Of a stretch of 64,000 nt of DNA, positions 37,658 through 49,103 are shown in pieces. The position numbers and the translations under genes were made by a program. Origin of the DNA: Desulfobacterales bacterium (GTDB lineage: Bacteria; Desulfobacterota; Desulfobacteria; Desulfobacterales; UBA5616); the NCBI GenBank assembly GCA_046483495.1, contig JAWODC010000067.1:41627-105626 (forward strand). The letters run 5' to 3'. The notes under the pieces are model-generated. The model saw only the letters and a program-made list of their open reading frames with translations. It was not told the DNA's origin and ran no database searches. The number at the start of each line of letters is the position of its first letter. Within the stretch, counting starts at the first letter, position 1.

Positions 37658-38464
37658 ATGACGTTTAAACAGAATTTGTTGAAAAAAATAGAAATCGATC
37701 AGATGAGCCGCCATATTCTGAATACCATCGGGCCTTTCGAAAGCGGGCTGAAGCTGGATAAGGAAACCATGCGCCGGCTGTTGGAATTCGGCCGTTATGA
37801 TTATCAGCATCAGCGTGATCTGGATTTATACATCGATGCAACAGACCCGGCAGCGAATTGGATACTGGTGTTGGACAACGAGATCCCCATCTACCGCAGC
37901 ACGATCAAAGATGTCGTCATGCGGAAAAGCCCGACCCTCAAGGAAATGTTGAGCATCCGCAACGCCGTTAAAATTTTAAGCACATCGGATATTCTGGTGA
38001 GCAAAAAGGAAGATTCCGTAAAAATCGTTAGACGGAAATGCATCGATCTGCTGGATCTTTCGTTCGATCGTTCCGACATTTCCCAAATCGAAAACGAGGG
38101 AATCCAATCTCTGGAAAGGGATTATGCCGACGGCGTCCTGGAATCGCTTTTACTCTTCAGTGAATTGCTGGGATACGGCCCTGTGCCCAAAAAACTGGAA
38201 CTGCCGCATCACGTCATATTCGGAATGCTCGACACAGGCGAAGCAGGCCTCCTTCGGCTGGGGCCGGTGGTTATGTACAATAAAATCGAGGGTACACTGA
38301 AACTGAACCAGGATCGTTTCGAGGGCACTGAAAAAGAAATCGAATATGTCTTGGAAGAAGTTTCTTCCGGTCATAAGGAGGCATCTTTCGAAGGGCCGGA
38401 TGTTTTTAAACACCTTTCCGGGTCTGTGGAAATCCAGCCCCTAAACCTTGCCGATTCGTTTTAA
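37658..38464 (+). CDS. Hypothetical protein
   Basis: Long ORF with protein-like composition filling the gap between genes; no motif recognised. Confidence 0.75.
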   Translation: MTFKQNLLKKIEIDQMSRHILNTIGPFESGLKLDKETMRRLLEFGRYDYQHQRDLDLYIDATDPAANWILVLDNEIPIYRSTIKDVVMRKSPTLKEMLSIRNAVKILSTSDILVSKKEDSVKIVRRKCIDLLDLSFDRSDISQIENEGIQSLERDYADGVLESLLLFSELLGYGPVPKKLELPHHVIFGMLDTGEAGLLRLGPVVMYNKIEGTLKLNQDRFEGTEKEIEYVLEEVSSGHKEASFEGPDVFKHLSGSVEIQPLNLADSF

Positions 38465-38478
38465 ATCATGCCGTTTCT

Positions 38479-38895
38479 TTATTTCAGGCTTACCAAACGG
38501 ATGGTTCTCTCGCTTACTCCGAGGTCTCTCATTTCATCGGGTCGAACCCAGCGTGCATCCACGGCATCGTCACCGGCCTTTATTTCTCCTGAAAGGTAAT
38601 CAGCCGAAACATCCACGATAACGAAATGGTATTCAATCGCGGCGTTTTCATCACGTGATATCATATCGAAGACGTAGACAGGGTCCCCGGCCTTAACCGA
38701 AATGCCTGTTTCCTCCAGGACTTCCCGTTCCGCCGCTTCCTGCAGGGTTTCGCCAAGCTCCACTCGACCGCCTGGAACGGACCATATCCCTTTTGAGGGA
38801 GATTTCCCCCGCTTGATCAAAAGGATGCGATTATCCCTGCATACCAGCGCGCCTACAGCCACCCGCGGTGCATCCGGGTATCTCGATGTAGTCAT
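38479..38895 (-). CDS. NUDIX hydrolase (MutT-like)
   Basis: WSVPGGRVELGETLQEAAEREVLEETG, AGDDA. Confidence 0.92.
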   Translation of the reverse strand: MTTSRYPDAPRVAVGALVCRDNRILLIKRGKSPSKGIWSVPGGRVELGETLQEAAEREVLEETGISVKAGDPVYVFDMISRDENAAIEYHFVIVDVSADYLSGEIKAGDDAVDARWVRPDEMRDLGVSERTIRLVSLK

Positions 38896-39764
38896 TTTTG
38901 GTTTTTCTCCGGTAATAAGAAACAGATTTCACCGATGGTGTTGCTCAGCCGAACGAATTCCTGGATGGAAAGGGATTCGGCTCTTCTTCCCGGATCGATT
39001 CCGGACCGCGTCAAGGCTGATGATGCGGCGGCGGGAGAAAGATGCAGTTCGCTTCCCGCCAGTGCGTTTTTCAACGTCTTCCGGCGTTGACCGAACGCCG
39101 CCTTGATGACCCGGAAGAAAAACGCCTCATCATCCGCAGGAAAATCGGGCTCCTGCTTGAACTCGATGAGAAGAACGGCGGAATCGATTGCCGGTTTGGG
39201 ATAGAACCGGTCCGAGGACACTTGAAGCACCTTTTTTACGACCGCGCAATACTGAAGCATTACGGATATTCTGCCATAGGATCGACTCCCCGGTGGTTCG
39301 ATTACCCGCTCCGCCAGTTCATCCTGAAGCATCACCACCGCCCTTGAAAGAACGCTGCGGGAGGCAACCAAACGAATCAGTATCTGGGAGGAAATATTGT
39401 AGGGAAGGTTTCCGGCGACAACGATGCCGCCCGGCTGGTTTTTAAACATCTTGGGTATATCGATGGAAAGAATATTTTCAGTGAGAATATGGATATTGGT
39501 CAGCCGGTTCAGCAAGGTTTCCGTTTGCAGAAGTCCGGCAATGTCAGGGTCCTTTTCAACGGCATAAACCTGTTTTCCGGCTCTTGCCAGGGGAACCGTA
39601 AGGGCGCCCAATCCCGCCCCGATCTCGAGAATGGTGTCATCCGGTGAAATCCGGGTGTGACGAACGATCGCCTCGGCCGTTCGCGGGTCGGTTAGAAAAT
39701 GCTGCCCCAAGGATTTGCTGGGTCTTAAATTCCAGGCTTTCAGTAATGTTTTTGGAGATGTCAT
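38892..39764 (-). CDS. rsmA: 16S rRNA m6,2A dimethyltransferase
   Basis: KSLGQHFL, LEIGAGLG, GNLPYNIS, YGRISV, FGQRRKTL. Confidence 0.96.
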   Translation of the reverse strand: MTSPKTLLKAWNLRPSKSLGQHFLTDPRTAEAIVRHTRISPDDTILEIGAGLGALTVPLARAGKQVYAVEKDPDIAGLLQTETLLNRLTNIHILTENILSIDIPKMFKNQPGGIVVAGNLPYNISSQILIRLVASRSVLSRAVVMLQDELAERVIEPPGSRSYGRISVMLQYCAVVKKVLQVSSDRFYPKPAIDSAVLLIEFKQEPDFPADDEAFFFRVIKAAFGQRRKTLKNALAGSELHLSPAAASSALTRSGIDPGRRAESLSIQEFVRLSNTIGEICFLLPEKNQK

Positions 39765-40015
39765 AAAAAATGTTCTGCGGTGAACGGCCGTCGAGGAAAC
39801 GGCTTGATCGGTATCCGAGGTCGGCGAATGGTCCAAACCGCTTTGCCCTTCGATATAAAGTCCGAAAGTTCAATGATCATTCAAGCACAAACAAGCGCGG
39901 TGCGCAAAATGTTTTTTAAACAGACTCGATGCCGGCTGACGGGTATGCGCTTGATATTATTATCTGCAATGATGCAAGCCGTATTGTAGTGACGATGTTC
40001 ATCCCGGTCTTTGTC

Positions 40016-40044
40016 TTGACTTTTCATATGTAATTCAATATGTT
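40016..40044 (+). promoter_or_regulatory. Sigma70-type promoter
   Basis: TTGACT-N17-TATGTT upstream of 40115. Confidence 0.5.
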
Positions 40045-40114
40045 TAAATTTTTAAATAAATCTTAGGGTTATCTTTTTCGAAGAAGTTGAATCCTCAATT
40101 GTAGGGAGCCTGCC

Positions 40115-40492
40115 ATGACGCGAAAAAAAAGCAAGCCCGTGAGTTATGATGCGATGGTAAAATTCTTTATGCAGTATCATAACATCCCGACCAAAAAGGA
40201 TATTGAAAAGCTTCAGGATCAACTTGACCGGATCGAGCAAATGATTAAAGGCCTTTTCGGGACCGGGGCACTGCAAAAAGGACTCGACGGACGTTCTTCC
40301 AGGGGCCGGAAAACGGGATCGAGCGCCGCGGATATGGTGCTGAAGGCCGTCCAATCCGCGGAAAACGGCATCGGTATTCCAGGAATTCAGAAAAAAACCG
40401 GATTTGATGAAAAAAAGCTTCGAAATATTATTTACCGGCTCAACAAAACAGGTAAAATACGAAGGAAAAGCCGGGGTATTTACACTGCTTGA
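40115..40492 (+). CDS. Small basic protein with coiled-coil N-terminus and winged-helix-like C-terminus
   Basis: NIPTKKDIEKLQDQLDRIE; IQKKTGFDEKKLRNIIYRLNKTGKIRRKSRGIY; RBS GGGAG. Confidence 0.75.
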   Translation: MTRKKSKPVSYDAMVKFFMQYHNIPTKKDIEKLQDQLDRIEQMIKGLFGTGALQKGLDGRSSRGRKTGSSAADMVLKAVQSAENGIGIPGIQKKTGFDEKKLRNIIYRLNKTGKIRRKSRGIYTA

Positions 40493-40513
40493 ACCTTATC
40501 GGAAGGAATAACC

Positions 40514-43492
40514 ATGAACACGAATCCGGACAAACTGAATCCGGCGCTGGGCCGCGATGAGGTCCTTGGCAATCATGCCGTTCGCCGGGATGTATATCTC
40601 GAAAATCTCAAGGCTCACTTGTATGAGCTCGAACACCTGCCGACCGGCGCACAGCATATCCATATCAGCAGGGATGATGCCGAAAATACATTTGCCGTCG
40701 GCTTTAAAACCGTGCCGGCCGATTCAACCGGGGTTGCTCATATCCTGGAACATACGGTTTTATGCGGATCCAGAAAGTTCCCGGTCCGGGATCCATTCTT
40801 TTCAATGTTGAAACGAAGCCTCAACACCTTCATGAATGCCTTCACTGCATCCGATTGGACCCTTTATCCCTATGCAACGCAGAACAAGAAGGATTACTAC
40901 AACCTGATGGATGTCTACCTGGACGCCGCCTTTTTCCCCATTATCGGTGAACTGAGCTTTAAACAGGAAGGCCACCGGTTGGAAGTGGAACATCATGAAG
41001 AGGCACCGGAGGGGTTTTCTCTCCTGCGCAAGGGCGTGGTCTATAATGAGATGAAGGGGGCCATGTCTTCACCACAACAGGTGATGTTCCGCTCGTTAAT
41101 GAACGCGCTGTATCCGGATACGACCTATCAATTCAATTCAGGGGGAGATCCGGCTGAAATACCCAAATTGACGCATGAACAGCTCGTAGCGTTTCATCGG
41201 CGTCACTACCACCCCGGCAATGCCTTCTTTTATACGTATGGGAACCTCCCCCTGGTGGACCACCTTCGGTTTATCGAGGAAAAAGTGCTGCATCATTTTG
41301 ATAAGATCGATCCGGATACGGAGGTGCCGAGTCAGCCGCGCTGGAGAGAAGAGCGGACCGCGACGTATGCTTATCCGCTCAGCAAGTCGGAAGATCCCGA
41401 AACAAAGAACCAGGTTTGCATGGGCTGGTTATGCAATGACATAAAAGACACCTTCGATGTATTGAGCCTTTCTCTGCTGGAGCGTATCCTGTTGGGAAAT
41501 GCCGCTTCCCCGCTTCGGAAGGCACTGATTGAATCGGGGCTCGGCAGTTCCTTGAGTGATGGAACCGGATATGAACGGGACCACCGGGACACCATGTTCG
41601 CCTGCGGATTGAAGGATACCGCCGTTTCCGATGCTCCGGCGATCAGGGATATCATTTTTGATACCCTCACCTCCCTGTGCACCGACGGCATTGACAAGGA
41701 AATGATTGATTCGGCGATTCATCAAATGGAGTTTCGCAGAAAGGAGGTCACCAATACACCGTATCCCTACGGCATCAAACTGCTGCTTACGTTTGGGGGC
41801 AGCTGGTTCCATGGAGCCGACCCGGTGCGGGTGCTGCTTTTCGATGAAGATATACAAAAAATAAAAGCCCGTGTATCCCAAGGGCCCTTTTTCGAAAATC
41901 TGATCCGCCGGTATTTTTTGGACAATCACCACCGCGTATTCTTTACGTTGACGCCTGATTCCGAAATGGAGGAAAACGAATCGCGAAGGGTTGCGTCGGA
42001 ACTCGATCAGATACGGAAAACATTGACGGACGAGGATATTCAAAAGATCCGGTCCGACCAGGAGGCGTTGGCCCGCCTACAGAATGCCGAGGAAGATCCG
42101 TCAAGCCTGCCGACATTGGCAATTGAAGATATACCGCCCGAGATCAAAATGGTCTCGGAAACGCCGGCGCCGCCGAAGGTGCCGGTGACCGCTTACAATC
42201 AGCCGACGTCCGGGATCTTATACAACACAACCGTATTTCATACGCACGGCGTCGATCGGAAATTTATTCCCCTGATGCCGGTTTTCAGCATGATCTTTTC
42301 TAAAGCCGGGACCCGAAAACACGATTACATGGAGATGGCCCGTCTTATCGACGCCCATACGGGGGGAATCGGTATGGCGGCTCATGCCAGGATGGGGTTT
42401 ACAAACAGTGAATGCATATCCTTCGTATCTTTAAGGGGAAAGTGCCTGAATCGCAATATTGCCGAAATGTTCGACCTGCTGGGGGAATTACTGGTTGAAT
42501 TCGAACCTTCGAACCTCGACCGCATCAGAGTGTTATTGAAGCAGTACAGGGCATCGATGGAAAGCAGCATCGTTCAAAACGGCCACCGGCTGGCCCTGTC
42601 CCTGGCATCTCGAAACTTTTCTCCGGCCCGATGGATGGAGGAAATATGGCACGGCATAACCCAGCTGTTGAGCGCCAAAAAGATCACCGGCGATTTGGGC
42701 GAGGGGGCAATCAGGCATTTGTGTGATGAGCTGGTTGAACTCGGCAAACAGCTGCTTGCCGCCGGCAACATGGAAACCGCCGTCACCGGTGAGGAAGAAG
42801 TGCTGGAGAATTCCCGGCTGAAGGCTGCTGCACTCGGCGCCGAACTGCCTTACGGCCGGTCGGGCGATGAAGCCCCGAAGGGCTTCGAGGAGATGAACGG
42901 CCTTCCGTTCGAAGGCTGGCACACCTCATCGGCTGTTTCCTTTGTTGCCGGTTGTTTCCAAACCGTTCGCATGACGCATGCCGATGCGCCGGCGCTGTTC
43001 GTCATCAGCAAGATGCTGCGGTCGTTGTACCTTCACCGGGAAATTCGGGAAAAGGGCGGGGCATATGGCGGTTTTGCCGTTTACAATCTGGAGGACGGCA
43101 TTTTCGGCCTGGCTTCATACCGGGATCCTCATATCGTCCAGACCCTTAAGGTGTATGATGGGGTCGAGGATTTTTTGAAGTCCGGCCGATATCATGATGA
43201 AGATATCAAGGAAGCCATACTGCAGTGCTGCTCGGAAATCGACAAACCGGATGCTCCGGGTGAGGCGGGACTGAAGGCATTTTACAGAAGATTAATAGGG
43301 ATGGGAGATGAACAGCGACGCTCCTTTAAACAAGGCCTGCTTGCGGTGACACGCGAACAGGTTGCGGCGGCAGGCGAAGCGTATTTCAACAAGGATCGCA
43401 ACCAGCGGGCCGTAGCGGTGATTTCCAGCCTTTCGCGGCTCGAGGAGGCGGCGAAGAAATTGGATCGGCCGTTGAGTCTGCATCGGATATGA
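40514..43492 (+). CDS. M16C (PreP/insulinase family) metallopeptidase
   Basis: HILEHTVLCGSRKFPVRDPFF, NAFT, GVVYNEMKG, IREKGGAYGG, SYRDP. Confidence 0.95.
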   Translation: MNTNPDKLNPALGRDEVLGNHAVRRDVYLENLKAHLYELEHLPTGAQHIHISRDDAENTFAVGFKTVPADSTGVAHILEHTVLCGSRKFPVRDPFFSMLKRSLNTFMNAFTASDWTLYPYATQNKKDYYNLMDVYLDAAFFPIIGELSFKQEGHRLEVEHHEEAPEGFSLLRKGVVYNEMKGAMSSPQQVMFRSLMNALYPDTTYQFNSGGDPAEIPKLTHEQLVAFHRRHYHPGNAFFYTYGNLPLVDHLRFIEEKVLHHFDKIDPDTEVPSQPRWREERTATYAYPLSKSEDPETKNQVCMGWLCNDIKDTFDVLSLSLLERILLGNAASPLRKALIESGLGSSLSDGTGYERDHRDTMFACGLKDTAVSDAPAIRDIIFDTLTSLCTDGIDKEMIDSAIHQMEFRRKEVTNTPYPYGIKLLLTFGGSWFHGADPVRVLLFDEDIQKIKARVSQGPFFENLIRRYFLDNHHRVFFTLTPDSEMEENESRRVASELDQIRKTLTDEDIQKIRSDQEALARLQNAEEDPSSLPTLAIEDIPPEIKMVSETPAPPKVPVTAYNQPTSGILYNTTVFHTHGVDRKFIPLMPVFSMIFSKAGTRKHDYMEMARLIDAHTGGIGMAAHARMGFTNSECISFVSLRGKCLNRNIAEMFDLLGELLVEFEPSNLDRIRVLLKQYRASMESSIVQNGHRLALSLASRNFSPARWMEEIWHGITQLLSAKKITGDLGEGAIRHLCDELVELGKQLLAAGNMETAVTGEEEVLENSRLKAAALGAELPYGRSGDEAPKGFEEMNGLPFEGWHTSSAVSFVAGCFQTVRMTHADAPALFVISKMLRSLYLHREIREKGGAYGGFAVYNLEDGIFGLASYRDPHIVQTLKVYDGVEDFLKSGRYHDEDIKEAILQCCSEIDKPDAPGEAGLKAFYRRLIGMGDEQRRSFKQGLLAVTREQVAAAGEAYFNKDRNQRAVAVISSLSRLEEAAKKLDRPLSLHRI

Positions 43493-43557
43493 AAGGTTAG
43501 GATGGGTTGTGGATTAGGGGGGGAATAAAATGTGGTTCCCATCCGTTTTGACAATTC

Positions 43558-43599
43558 TTTACGAACTGCGCTTCACGATTTACGATTCACGATTCACCG
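43558..43599. repeat. Heptamer tandem repeat TT(C/T)ACGA overlapping the aspS stop
   Basis: tttacga actgcgc ttcacga tttacga ttcacga ttcaccg. Confidence 0.6.
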
Positions 43600-45380
43600 G
43601 CAATGATCTTTATCCGCAAATTCAATTCATCCAGCTGCTCCCGGGTGGCGGAAGACGGGGCATCCGTCATCAGGCAGCTGGCCTTTTGCGTTTTAGGAAA
43701 TGCGATCACGTCCCGAATCGATGATTGGCCGCACAATATCATAACAAGCCGGTCAAAACCGAACGCCAGTCCGCCATGGGGAGGCGCGCCGGATTCCAGG
43801 GCGGACAGCAGGAAGCCGAATTTTTCCTCGGCCTCTTCCGGCGATATGCCAAGGGATTTGAATACCCGATCCTGCAGCGTTTTCTGATGAATACGGATGC
43901 TTCCACCCCCGATTTCCGATCCGTTCAACACGAGGTCATAAGCACGGGAACGGACATTCAGCGGATCTGTTTCAAGCTTATCGATATCTTCAGGAAGGGG
44001 TGCGGTAAACGGATGATGCAAGGCCTGATTCCGCTTTTCGGTATCATCATAAGCCATTAAAGGGAAATGTGTGATCCACACAAACCGGTGCCGGCTTTCA
44101 TCGATGAGGCCGAGTTTGCCGCCGAGATGGTTACGCAAATGGCCCAGTGCTTCATTTGCGATTTTGGCCTGATCCGCCACGAAGAAAACCAGATCTCCCG
44201 GTTCCATGTCGATGCGTTCGATCATCTTTTTCTTTTCGTCATCCGAGAAGTACTTGGCTATGGGTGACTGCCATGCGTCTTCTTTCACCTTGATCCAGGC
44301 CAATCCCCTTGCCCTGTAAATAGCCGCAAATTCGGTCAGATCATCGATTTCCTTTCGCGATAAATCAATGCAACCCTTGGCATTCATGGCTTTGACAATG
44401 CCGCCTTTTTTAACCACCTCGGAAAACACCTTGAATTGGGATGCACTCACGATGTCGGACACATCCCGCAACTCCATCCCGAAACGCAAATCCGGTTTAT
44501 CCAGCCCGTAGCGGTCCATGGCTTCGGCGTAGGTCAGCCTGGGAAACGGCACGTCGAGTCGCGTGCCGAGAACGTCATCGAACACCGCCGCCATCATGCC
44601 CTCGGCCACCGACATGACGTCTTCTTCCACCACGAACGACATTTCGAGGTCGATTTGGGTGAATTCCGGCTGTCGATCCGCACGAAGATCCTCATCCCTG
44701 AAGCATCGTACAATCTGGTAATACCGGTCGAACCCCGAAATCATCAACAGCTGTTTGAACAATTGGGGGGATTGGGGCAGGGCGTAAAAACAGCCTGGAT
44801 TCACCCGGCTTGGGACCAGGTAATCCCTTGCGCCTTCCGGTGTGCTTCGGGTCAGAAACGGGGTTTCAATATCGATGAATCCCAGAGCGTTCAGGAAGCG
44901 GCGGACAATACGGCCCACCTCATGGCGTGTGATGATATTTTTCTGAAGCCTGCTGCGCCGAAGATCCAGGTGGCGGTATTTCAACCGGACCGGTTCCGAC
45001 ACATCGATATCATCCTCGATCAAAAAGGGCGGGGTTGCGGCCGTGTTGAGAATTCTAAGCTCGATAACGGTTACCTCGATGTCACCGGTTTTCAGATTGG
45101 AATTCACCATTCCCGGGGGGCGCAAATCGACGTGCCCGCGAACGGCGATTACAAATTCGTTCCGCATCGCATGAGCCTTTTCATGAATCTGCTGATCGAC
45201 CTCGGGGTTAAACACGACCTGCGTAATGCCTTCCCGATCCCGTAAATCCACGAAGATAACACCACCGTGATCCCGTCTGCGTTGAACCCACCCCATCAGC
45301 ACCACTTCCTCACCCAGATTCGTTTTGTCAAGCTGTCGGCAATGGTGGGTTCTTCGCATATTATTCAAAAAATCCGTCAA
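43587..45380 (-). CDS. aspS: Aspartate-tRNA ligase, probably non-discriminating (Asp/Asn)
   Basis: [46 protein letters not shown] start at 45380 with AGGAG RBS inferred. Confidence 0.97.
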   Translation of the reverse strand: MTDFLNNMRRTHHCRQLDKTNLGEEVVLMGWVQRRRDHGGVIFVDLRDREGITQVVFNPEVDQQIHEKAHAMRNEFVIAVRGHVDLRPPGMVNSNLKTGDIEVTVIELRILNTAATPPFLIEDDIDVSEPVRLKYRHLDLRRSRLQKNIITRHEVGRIVRRFLNALGFIDIETPFLTRSTPEGARDYLVPSRVNPGCFYALPQSPQLFKQLLMISGFDRYYQIVRCFRDEDLRADRQPEFTQIDLEMSFVVEEDVMSVAEGMMAAVFDDVLGTRLDVPFPRLTYAEAMDRYGLDKPDLRFGMELRDVSDIVSASQFKVFSEVVKKGGIVKAMNAKGCIDLSRKEIDDLTEFAAIYRARGLAWIKVKEDAWQSPIAKYFSDDEKKKMIERIDMEPGDLVFFVADQAKIANEALGHLRNHLGGKLGLIDESRHRFVWITHFPLMAYDDTEKRNQALHHPFTAPLPEDIDKLETDPLNVRSRAYDLVLNGSEIGGGSIRIHQKTLQDRVFKSLGISPEEAEEKFGFLLSALESGAPPHGGLAFGFDRLVMILCGQSSIRDVIAFPKTQKASCLMTDAPSSATREQLDELNLRIKIIAGES

Positions 45381-45393
45381 ATCAACGCTCCTT

Positions 45394-46692
45394 TCACACC
45401 CCGTTTTCCATTGAATTCGTCGGGTGGGCACTACTGTCGCCTTTTAATGTTTCCTCGATGACACGGACCACTTCGGCCAGCGGAATTTCTTCCTGAGATT
45501 TGGTGGACATGTTTCTCAGGACGGCTTTGCCTTTTAGTAATTCGTTTTCTCCTAAAATCAGAACATAGGCCGCTTTGAGCCGGTCGGCCCGCTTCATCTG
45601 GCTTTTTAAGCTTCTGCCGTCGTAATCCATATCGGTCTGAATGCCTGCCTCGGACAGCGTACAAAGCCATTCATAGGCCAACTCCCGGCTGTTTTCGTCC
45701 AGCGCTGCAATATAACATCCCGGATGCCGGACATGATCTTCTGTTTCATGCTGCAGCAGTTCGGCAAGCCGGTCAAAACCCACGGCAAATCCTACGGCCG
45801 GCTGATCCGGTCCGCCAAGGGCGCCTACCAATCCATCGTATCGGCCGCCGCCTGCGACGGCGCTTTGTGCTCCCAGCCGCCCGGTTTGAATTTCAAAGGT
45901 CGTGCGGGTGTAGTAATCGAGTCCGCGAACCAGTCTACGATTCAGGACAAAGGGGATGTCCTGTTTTGCCAGCTGGGTCTTTACCGCATCGAAATGCCGG
46001 AAACAATCATGGCATAAATGGTCCGATATTGTCGGCGCATTCTGCATGGCTTCGATGCAGCCCGGAACCTTGCAGTCCAGTACCCTCAGCGGATTTTTTT
46101 GGCTGCGGATTTTGCAGTCTTCACAGAGCCCCTGAACCTTATCCGTCAGGTATTCGCTTAATAAAGCCCGATATCCGGGCCGGCACCGGGGGCATCCCAG
46201 TGAATTCAGTTGTAAATAAAGGTCCGAAACCCGCAGCCGGTTGAAAAACGTCATCAGCATGAAGATGATTTGGGCGTCGATCAGCGGCGAGGCAATGCCG
46301 AACACCTCCGCATTGATTTGGTAAAACTGCCGATAGCGCCCTTTCTGGGGCCTTTCCCGGCGGAACATCGGGCCGAGGGTATAGAGTTTTTTCACCGGAT
46401 CGCCGGCATAGAGTTTATGCTGGATATAGGCTCTGACCACCGATGCGGTTGCTTCCGGCCGCATCGTGATCATCTCGCCTTTGCGGTCGGGAAACGTATA
46501 CATCTCTTTTTCCACAATATCCGTATGCTCGCCGATACTTCGGGCAAAAAGTTCCGTATGCTCCAGTACCGGAATTCGGATTTCTTTGAATCCGAAGTCC
46601 TGAAAAAGCGTTACGGCGGTTTTTTCGATATAATGCCACAAATCGGATTCCGGCGGCAGAATATCTTTAAATCCCCTGATAAGCTGAATCAT
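45394..46692 (-). CDS. hisS: Histidine-tRNA ligase
   Basis: [43 protein letters not shown]. Confidence 0.97.
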   Translation of the reverse strand: MIQLIRGFKDILPPESDLWHYIEKTAVTLFQDFGFKEIRIPVLEHTELFARSIGEHTDIVEKEMYTFPDRKGEMITMRPEATASVVRAYIQHKLYAGDPVKKLYTLGPMFRRERPQKGRYRQFYQINAEVFGIASPLIDAQIIFMLMTFFNRLRVSDLYLQLNSLGCPRCRPGYRALLSEYLTDKVQGLCEDCKIRSQKNPLRVLDCKVPGCIEAMQNAPTISDHLCHDCFRHFDAVKTQLAKQDIPFVLNRRLVRGLDYYTRTTFEIQTGRLGAQSAVAGGGRYDGLVGALGGPDQPAVGFAVGFDRLAELLQHETEDHVRHPGCYIAALDENSRELAYEWLCTLSEAGIQTDMDYDGRSLKSQMKRADRLKAAYVLILGENELLKGKAVLRNMSTKSQEEIPLAEVVRVIEETLKGDSSAHPTNSMENGV

Positions 46693-47028
46693 TACTCATC
46701 TCCGGCCCTGTTTCCTCCGGCATTCTTCGAACCGAGACCGGAATTCGAATCACCGGCAGGCTGCAGCCGCAAGAGGTCGGCCGTTTCTAATCATTCGTAA
46801 TTACACGTTTTTATTTTAAGATTTCACGCTATAAACAAATATTTTTATCCTAATTCTGTTCGGTAAGTCAATATCATTATGCAGTAAATTGAAAAGACCC
46901 TCAAGAAGCCCGGCAGTTGCTGCACCGTTTTCATGGGTTTTCGTTTGACAGTGCAAGCAGGGTCATAATAATATATAATTTTAGTGCCGTAAAAGGGCTG
47001 AGCGGCCTGTATATTTGGAGGCAAATCC

Positions 47029-47622
47029 ATGCATGGCGAAACGAATTCCACCGGTGAATTTACCAAAAAACAGGGACGGGTTTTGGTTGATTTGGCCCGA
47101 AATACGATTGCAAACCGATTGGGTAAAACCGGGAGTTCGGAACAACCGGAGACCGCTCTTTCGTCTGACGCCTTTCAGCGGCGCCGGGGTACCTTCGTGA
47201 CCTTGAAGAAACAGGGGCAGTTGCGAGGCTGTATCGGAAGTCTTTCAGCCGACGAATCGGTTGCGGAGGGGGTTCGCCGGAATGCGATCAATGCGGCTTT
47301 CCATGACCCGCGTTTTAATCCGCTTTCGGAAGATGAACTTGAACAGGTTACGGTGGAAGTCAGTATTTTATCGGAACCAAAATCCCTTCACTATGAGGAT
47401 GCAAACGACCTAGTCGCAAAATTACGGCCGAATATCGATGGCGTTATTCTTCGAAAAGGCTATCACAGCGCGACTTTTTTGCCTCAGGTATGGGAACAGC
47501 TGAAAAACCCCGAAGACTTCTTGCTTCACCTCTGCAGGAAGGCAGGTTTGGCCGGTGATGCCTGGCGAACGTCCAAGCTGGAAATTTTGACTTACCAGGT
47601 CGAATATTTCGAGGAGCATTAG
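47029..47622 (+). CDS. AmmeMemoRadiSam system protein A (AMMECR1 family)
   Basis: GTFVTL, LRGCIG, AAFHDPRF, EVSILS, ATFLPQVW. Confidence 0.92.
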   Translation: MHGETNSTGEFTKKQGRVLVDLARNTIANRLGKTGSSEQPETALSSDAFQRRRGTFVTLKKQGQLRGCIGSLSADESVAEGVRRNAINAAFHDPRFNPLSEDELEQVTVEVSILSEPKSLHYEDANDLVAKLRPNIDGVILRKGYHSATFLPQVWEQLKNPEDFLLHLCRKAGLAGDAWRTSKLEILTYQVEYFEEH

Positions 47623-47645
47623 CCCGGCGTTTTGTGAAATACGGA

Positions 47646-47855
47646 TCAGTCCACCGCGATCATTACGCTGGAGGCCTTAATCATGGCGTTGGCCTTTTTG
47701 CCGACTTCCAATCCGAGCCTTTTCACCGAATTAATCGTGATAATGGATACGATTTTCTGCCCGTCAGGCAGTTCGAGCTCCACTTCGGCATTCACGGCTC
47801 CCATGGTAATGTCGGAAACCTTACCCGAAATTAAATTTCTGGCGCTTAGTTTCAT
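47646..47855 (-). CDS. Molybdate/tungstate-binding TOBE protein (Mop/molbindin)
   Basis: MKLSARN...GAVNAEV...SIIT...LGL...IKASSV. Confidence 0.92.
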   Translation of the reverse strand: MKLSARNLISGKVSDITMGAVNAEVELELPDGQKIVSIITINSVKRLGLEVGKKANAMIKASSVMIAVD

Positions 47856-47935
47856 GTGCTGCCTCCTCTCGTTTATACCGGCGGGTATCCGGAGTGCATC
47901 GTGTTTTATTTCCGATGGTCGCGGCGTTTGCCTTT

Positions 47936-48751
47936 CTAATCGGTCTCATCTGAAAAGCGTGCCTGGATCTGTCGAAATGATGCATTTACCGCATCCCAAT
48001 CGACAATGTTCCACCATGCGTCGATAAACCTGCCGCGATTGTTTTCATACTGCAGATAATAGGCATGCTCCCAGACATCGAGCGGCAGAAGGGGGTGAAT
48101 GCCCGGACTCACTTTTAAATCGTGATCGTTTACCTGAAAAACAAGAAGTTGATTACCGATGGGCTCATATCCCAACAGGGCCCACCCGCTGCCTTTGACG
48201 CCGCCGGCCACTTTTGAAAAATAGGTTTTAAAAACATCGAAAGATTCAAAATGCCGCTTGATGGCATCGGCGATTTCGTTTTTCGGGGTTCCGCCGGCAT
48301 TCGGCCCCATGGTGGCCCAGAAAAGTGTATGCAGCACGTGTCCGCCGGCATTGAAGCTCAGGTCTTTTTCCAGTCCGTGCAACCGGGCCATATCGATGCT
48401 TTTCGCATTCCGCAGATCTTCCAGGGCGGAAAGGGTTTTATTCAATCCGTCGACATAGCCCTGGTGATGCTTATCATGATGAATTTTCATGATTTTTGAA
48501 GAAATATGCGGCTCTAAGGCGTCATAATCATAAGGAAGCTCCGGCAGCCGGTATTCACCATTCTGATAGGCTTGCGCCAACATCTTCTCCACGACCGGCT
48601 TGTTTTTCGGCGCCTTTTTCTCTGCTGCGCCGCCCGTTGTTGTCTTTTCCTGAGCGAAAGCATTCGTGGCGATCAGACCCAATCCGGCCAGGGCGGCGCC
48701 CGGAAAAACTTTGGTGAGAACGGAACGCCGGCTTAAATTTAACTCGTTCAT
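47936..48751 (-). CDS. Fe/Mn superoxide dismutase with twin-arginine signal peptide
   Basis: SRRSVL...AFA signal; LPYDYDALEP, HHDKHH, GSGW, DVWEHAYY. Confidence 0.92.
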   Translation of the reverse strand: MNELNLSRRSVLTKVFPGAALAGLGLIATNAFAQEKTTTGGAAEKKAPKNKPVVEKMLAQAYQNGEYRLPELPYDYDALEPHISSKIMKIHHDKHHQGYVDGLNKTLSALEDLRNAKSIDMARLHGLEKDLSFNAGGHVLHTLFWATMGPNAGGTPKNEIADAIKRHFESFDVFKTYFSKVAGGVKGSGWALLGYEPIGNQLLVFQVNDHDLKVSPGIHPLLPLDVWEHAYYLQYENNRGRFIDAWWNIVDWDAVNASFRQIQARFSDETD

Positions 48752-49103
48752 GAAGGTCTCCTTTCTTTCGGAATTCGGGTATCGCTTTTTTTGTATCAGA
48801 GCGGGGGCAAATGCATATAAGGCCGATCATTTATTTTTCTTGCCCATCTGCAGTAATGCGATCTGCATCTGCCGCGGCATGGACTAGTCGGTGATGACTT
48901 ATGATGCTCTTCTGCCGAAGAAACCATCATCTATAAGCAACGGCTTTGTCTTGAGGTTTCATGCAGAGTCTGGCATAAAATGCATGAAATGGAATGCGAT
49001 TCATTCGTATTGCGTTAAGGGCCGGAATGAACAGAAAGCCGGGGATTTTAAATGGATCGGCATTGCACGTTAAACCGTTTGAAGAACCCCGAGGAGGCGG
49101 ATC

